Shown here one piece after another: positions 47,528-50,365 of a DNA stretch of 50,365 bases (position 1 is the stretch's first letter; each line of letters starts with the position of its first letter). The stretch is taken from assembly GCA_011364905.1 (NCBI GenBank), contig RDNZ01000011.1, forward strand, positions 1 through 50,365. The letters are read 5' to 3'. A model generated the notes under the pieces. The model did no database searches and had not been told where the DNA came from. It worked only from the letters and a program-made list of their open reading frames with translations. The position numbers were made by a program, and so were the translations under genes. The stretch is from Candidatus Thorarchaeota archaeon. GTDB taxonomy: Archaea; Asgardarchaeota; Thorarchaeia; Thorarchaeales; Thorarchaeaceae.

Positions 47528-48726
47528 TCCAGAGTTTCCAAGAAGCTTTGAATACGTGTTTCAATTCTGCCCCGATCACTGAGCTCAGGGTCTAGTGGCA
47601 ACCGGATGGTCCTCACATCTAGTTCGCAGGCGGCTTTCTCAATAGACGGGGCCTCAAACTGATCAGGATCGCAGAACGACTGCTCGCAAACAATGAGACC
47701 TTGGATTGAGAGATTCTCTAGAAGATCCTTCATAGCATTCATACGGTATGATAGACCTTCATGGGTTGGTTCGCCAGGTGCACTCAATACGGATTTCGCC
47801 ATTGCTATAAATGGGTCATCGGATTTAGTCGGTGACTTGGTGAACACTGTTTTGAATCCAAAGGAGAGTAGGTCTAGCACAATGAATGACTCAGAGAAGT
47901 TCGGGATTTCATTCATAAGAGAGGCGATTGCTTGGGGTTCAACCATTCCGCCTGCTATCACTATTCGAGGGGACACCAAATCATCAGGGAGTTTCACTTT
48001 TGTATAGTCACCACTCAGGATTGCCTTTTGCACGGTTTCAATGCTATCGGAGAGTCCCAACTCATCAGCCTTATTTTGAACCATTGACACTGTTTCCTTG
48101 ATTTCTGACATTGATGAGGCAGTTGGAATTGTCAGAAAGGTTCGGACAAGACGGACAACTTCAGAGTATGAAATAATCTCTGGCTGGATCACTCTGGCTG
48201 AATACAAGAACTGAGTACCATTATGAAATTCTTGGACAAAGTCAACTGCTGCATCGTAGTTTTCGGCAAGAAATGGTCGATTGTAGAGCTTTGAGAGCTT
48301 TTCACTAAGAAGGCGTATCTCCTCAGCCAAGAACTTGGTCGCTGAGTCATCCTGATTGTATCTTATGACCGGATAGGTCAACCGCAAAACCCGATCGTCA
48401 TGAAACCGTACACTCCATATGTCACCAAGATTTTGGAGAGAATCACATGTATTCCCTGGGAATAGTAGTCCAGCAAGAGTCAGAAACTGACCGTTGGCTC
48501 GTTGACTGTAGAGATTCCTGATATACGAACATGCGAAGGTCTGAAGACTCTCTTCAAAGCCACTCGCAACTCCCGGTAAGGCACGAACAAGGGATGGAGT
48601 GAATCCATGTGCCATAAAGAGCTCCAATGGGACATGGGGATAGATATAGCCAATAATCTCTTCGCCTGATTTCAGCAGCTCTTTCAAGCCTGCTATTGAT
48701 TGCTCGATCACTCCTTCATAGCTCAA
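47524..48726 (-). CDS. 2-hydroxyacyl-CoA dehydratase subunit (HgdB/FldC/BcrC family)
   Basis: PLEL, FACSY, TCDSLQ, FCDP, TRIQSFLE. Start probably TTG 48726. Confidence 0.85.
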   Translation of the reverse strand: MSYEGVIEQSIAGLKELLKSGEEIIGYIYPHVPLELFMAHGFTPSLVRALPGVASGFEESLQTFACSYIRNLYSQRANGQFLTLAGLLFPGNTCDSLQNLGDIWSVRFHDDRVLRLTYPVIRYNQDDSATKFLAEEIRLLSEKLSKLYNRPFLAENYDAAVDFVQEFHNGTQFLYSARVIQPEIISYSEVVRLVRTFLTIPTASSMSEIKETVSMVQNKADELGLSDSIETVQKAILSGDYTKVKLPDDLVSPRIVIAGGMVEPQAIASLMNEIPNFSESFIVLDLLSFGFKTVFTKSPTKSDDPFIAMAKSVLSAPGEPTHEGLSYRMNAMKDLLENLSIQGLIVCEQSFCDPDQFEAPSIEKAACELDVRTIRLPLDPELSDRGRIETRIQSFLETLE

Positions 48727-48941
48727 GTCAAATTCCTCTCTGGAAGACTGATGGTTGGATTGGTATTTCAAATTCTGCTACATTCTGTATCTTAATTGTT
48801 CCGTTGAACATGTCCGACTTGACGAATATGGCTTTTTGGAAACAGTAACTATCTTTAGGAGGAGTTATGAGTCCAATCATAGCACAAAACTGCTGTATTG
48901 CGGTCGATATTTGACTGTAGATCACACAAGGAGAGAAGAAC

Positions 48942-50365
48942 ATGGAAGAAATGCTATGGCATAAATCGAGATGGCCAGAAACAGTCAAGAAGTCACTGGA
49001 CTATCCTGAAGAGCCACTTTTTCAAATTCTAGATAAAATTGCTGCTGAACATCCTGAATCGCCTTCAACCATTTTTGATGGGATATCTCACTCATTTGCT
49101 GAAGTCAAGGATCATGCTGACAGGATTGCCAACTTCCTGTCAAGTAAGGGCATTGGCAAAGGCGACAAAGTCGCGATATTTCTGCCTAATACACCCCATT
49201 ACCCCCCAATCTTCTTTGGCATACTGAAGAGCGGAGCAACAGCCGTCACGTGTAATCCATCGTATAAGGCAAACGAATTGAATTTCCAGCTGAAAGACTC
49301 TGGAGCAAAGGCGGTATTCGTATTCGATCATCCATCCTTCACACCGACTTCATATGAGGCGATAGAAGGTACTGACGTTAAGATTCACGTTGTATGCAGT
49401 ATCAAGAGGTACCTACCAAAAGTAAAAGCAGTTCTTGGAAGCCTTATAGGCAAGATTCCCAAGAGTGGCTACTACGAGGACTTCTCGGATTTCTATGATA
49501 ATATCGTCGCACAGTACGATCCAAAGGCTCCTGATGTATCAATCAAACCAAAGGAAGATCTTGCCCTCATCCTCTACACAGGAGGTACGACCGGCACTCC
49601 AAAGGGAGCAATGCTAAGTCACAGCAATCTCTACAGTAATGTTATGCAGCTTGACGAGTGGACCCAGCTTGAACCTAAAGGAGGAGGTACTCCAGAGAAG
49701 CTCAAACCAGGAGAAGAAGTGTTCATTGGAGCGCTTCCGTGGTATCACTCATATGGTCTGACACTGACCATGGTTGCATCATACTTCATGGGAAGTTCTC
49801 TGGTTTGTGTTCCCGACCCGAGAGCTGGCAAGCCGCCAATGAGTGAGCTGCTGGCGGATATACAGAAATACAAAGGAACCATTCTGCATTGCGTGCCTGC
49901 ACTATATGCTGGAATGGTAAACAACCCGACAGTTGACAAATATGACCTCTCAAGCCTCAAGGCATGCGGTTCTGGAGCTGCACCATTACCTCCCGAGCTT
50001 TGCAAGAGATTTGAGGATAAAACTGGAGCTACACTCTTTGAGGGATATGGTCTGACTGAAACATCCCCATTGACTCATGCCAATCCCGCAATCAAGTCTT
50101 TACGCAAATTCGGTTCAATTGGAGTTCCCCTCCCAGACACCTACGCCATAATTTTGGATATTGCAACTGGCAAAAAGGAACTAAAGCAAGGAGAGACTGG
50201 CGAGATTGCAATCAATGGACCTCAGGTCATGGCTGGATATTGGAACAAGCCTGATGAAACAGCCGAAGTGATGAGGACCATGAATGGCAAGCGGTACTTC
50301 CTTACTGGAGACATAGGACATATGGATGAAGACGGTTTCTTCGTGATTTCAGACCGCAAGAAGGA
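48942..50365 (+). CDS. Long-chain acyl-CoA ligase (FadD-like), 3' end truncated by the window
   Basis: Not in the ORF track. MEEMLWHKSRWPETVKKSLDYP..., YTGGTTGTPKG, EGYGLTET, TGDIGHMDEDGFF..SDRK. Confidence 0.92.
   Translation, partial: MEEMLWHKSRWPETVKKSLDYPEEPLFQILDKIAAEHPESPSTIFDGISHSFAEVKDHADRIANFLSSKGIGKGDKVAIFLPNTPHYPPIFFGILKSGATAVTCNPSYKANELNFQLKDSGAKAVFVFDHPSFTPTSYEAIEGTDVKIHVVCSIKRYLPKVKAVLGSLIGKIPKSGYYEDFSDFYDNIVAQYDPKAPDVSIKPKEDLALILYTGGTTGTPKGAMLSHSNLYSNVMQLDEWTQLEPKGGGTPEKLKPGEEVFIGALPWYHSYGLTLTMVASYFMGSSLVCVPDPRAGKPPMSELLADIQKYKGTILHCVPALYAGMVNNPTVDKYDLSSLKACGSGAAPLPPELCKRFEDKTGATLFEGYGLTETSPLTHANPAIKSLRKFGSIGVPLPDTYAIILDIATGKKELKQGETGEIAINGPQVMAGYWNKPDETAEVMRTMNGKRYFLTGDIGHMDEDGFFVISDRKK

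Noticed and set aside
45502-48726. Calling the cluster a class I benzoyl-CoA reductase
   Set aside because: There is only one ATPase gene (homodimeric activator type) and no ring-cleavage genes nearby, so a dehydratase is more parsimonious. A phylogeny is needed to exclude it.
1-50365. CRISPR arrays, tRNA/rRNA genes, transposases, integrases
   Set aside because: None recognised by eye. Intergenic gaps are short and I saw no regularly spaced repeats or cloverleaf motifs.

Overview
Archaeal chromosomal window of about 50 genes. The gene content fits an anaerobic, non-methanogen-like Asgard archaeon (Thorarchaeia-like); this taxonomy is an inference. Left part (minus strand): a partial class II CPD photolyase, a group II ECF module (A-A'-T), and the archaeal exosome/proteasome superoperon (psmA, SBDS, rrp4, rrp41, rrp42, rpl37ae, Brix, pcc1, pfdB, DUF3194, DHH). 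The superoperon lacks rpoP and three members carry acidic tails. Middle: a NikR-associated Znu/Tro-type ABC transporter, a putative sugar-catabolic operon (2-hydroxyacid dehydrogenase, FGGY kinase, class II aldolase, tungsten AOR, AEC carrier), an ABC-2 exporter and an SCP2 protein. Right: a large redox island with two double-module HdrA proteins (one fused to MvhD), three distinct HdrBC pairs, a DUF2096-like gene, two membrane-anchored wHTH regulators each next to a surface protein, a four-subunit Kor-type 2-oxoacid:ferredoxin oxidoreductase, a 2-hydroxyacyl-CoA dehydratase with its activator, and a partial acyl-CoA ligase. I recognised no rRNA, tRNA, CRISPR array or mobile element. The best candidate for an undescribed system is the multi-Hdr island together with its embedded transmembrane signalling pairs and the linked acyl-CoA dehydratase/Kor module. 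All family calls come from motif recognition by eye, not database searches.
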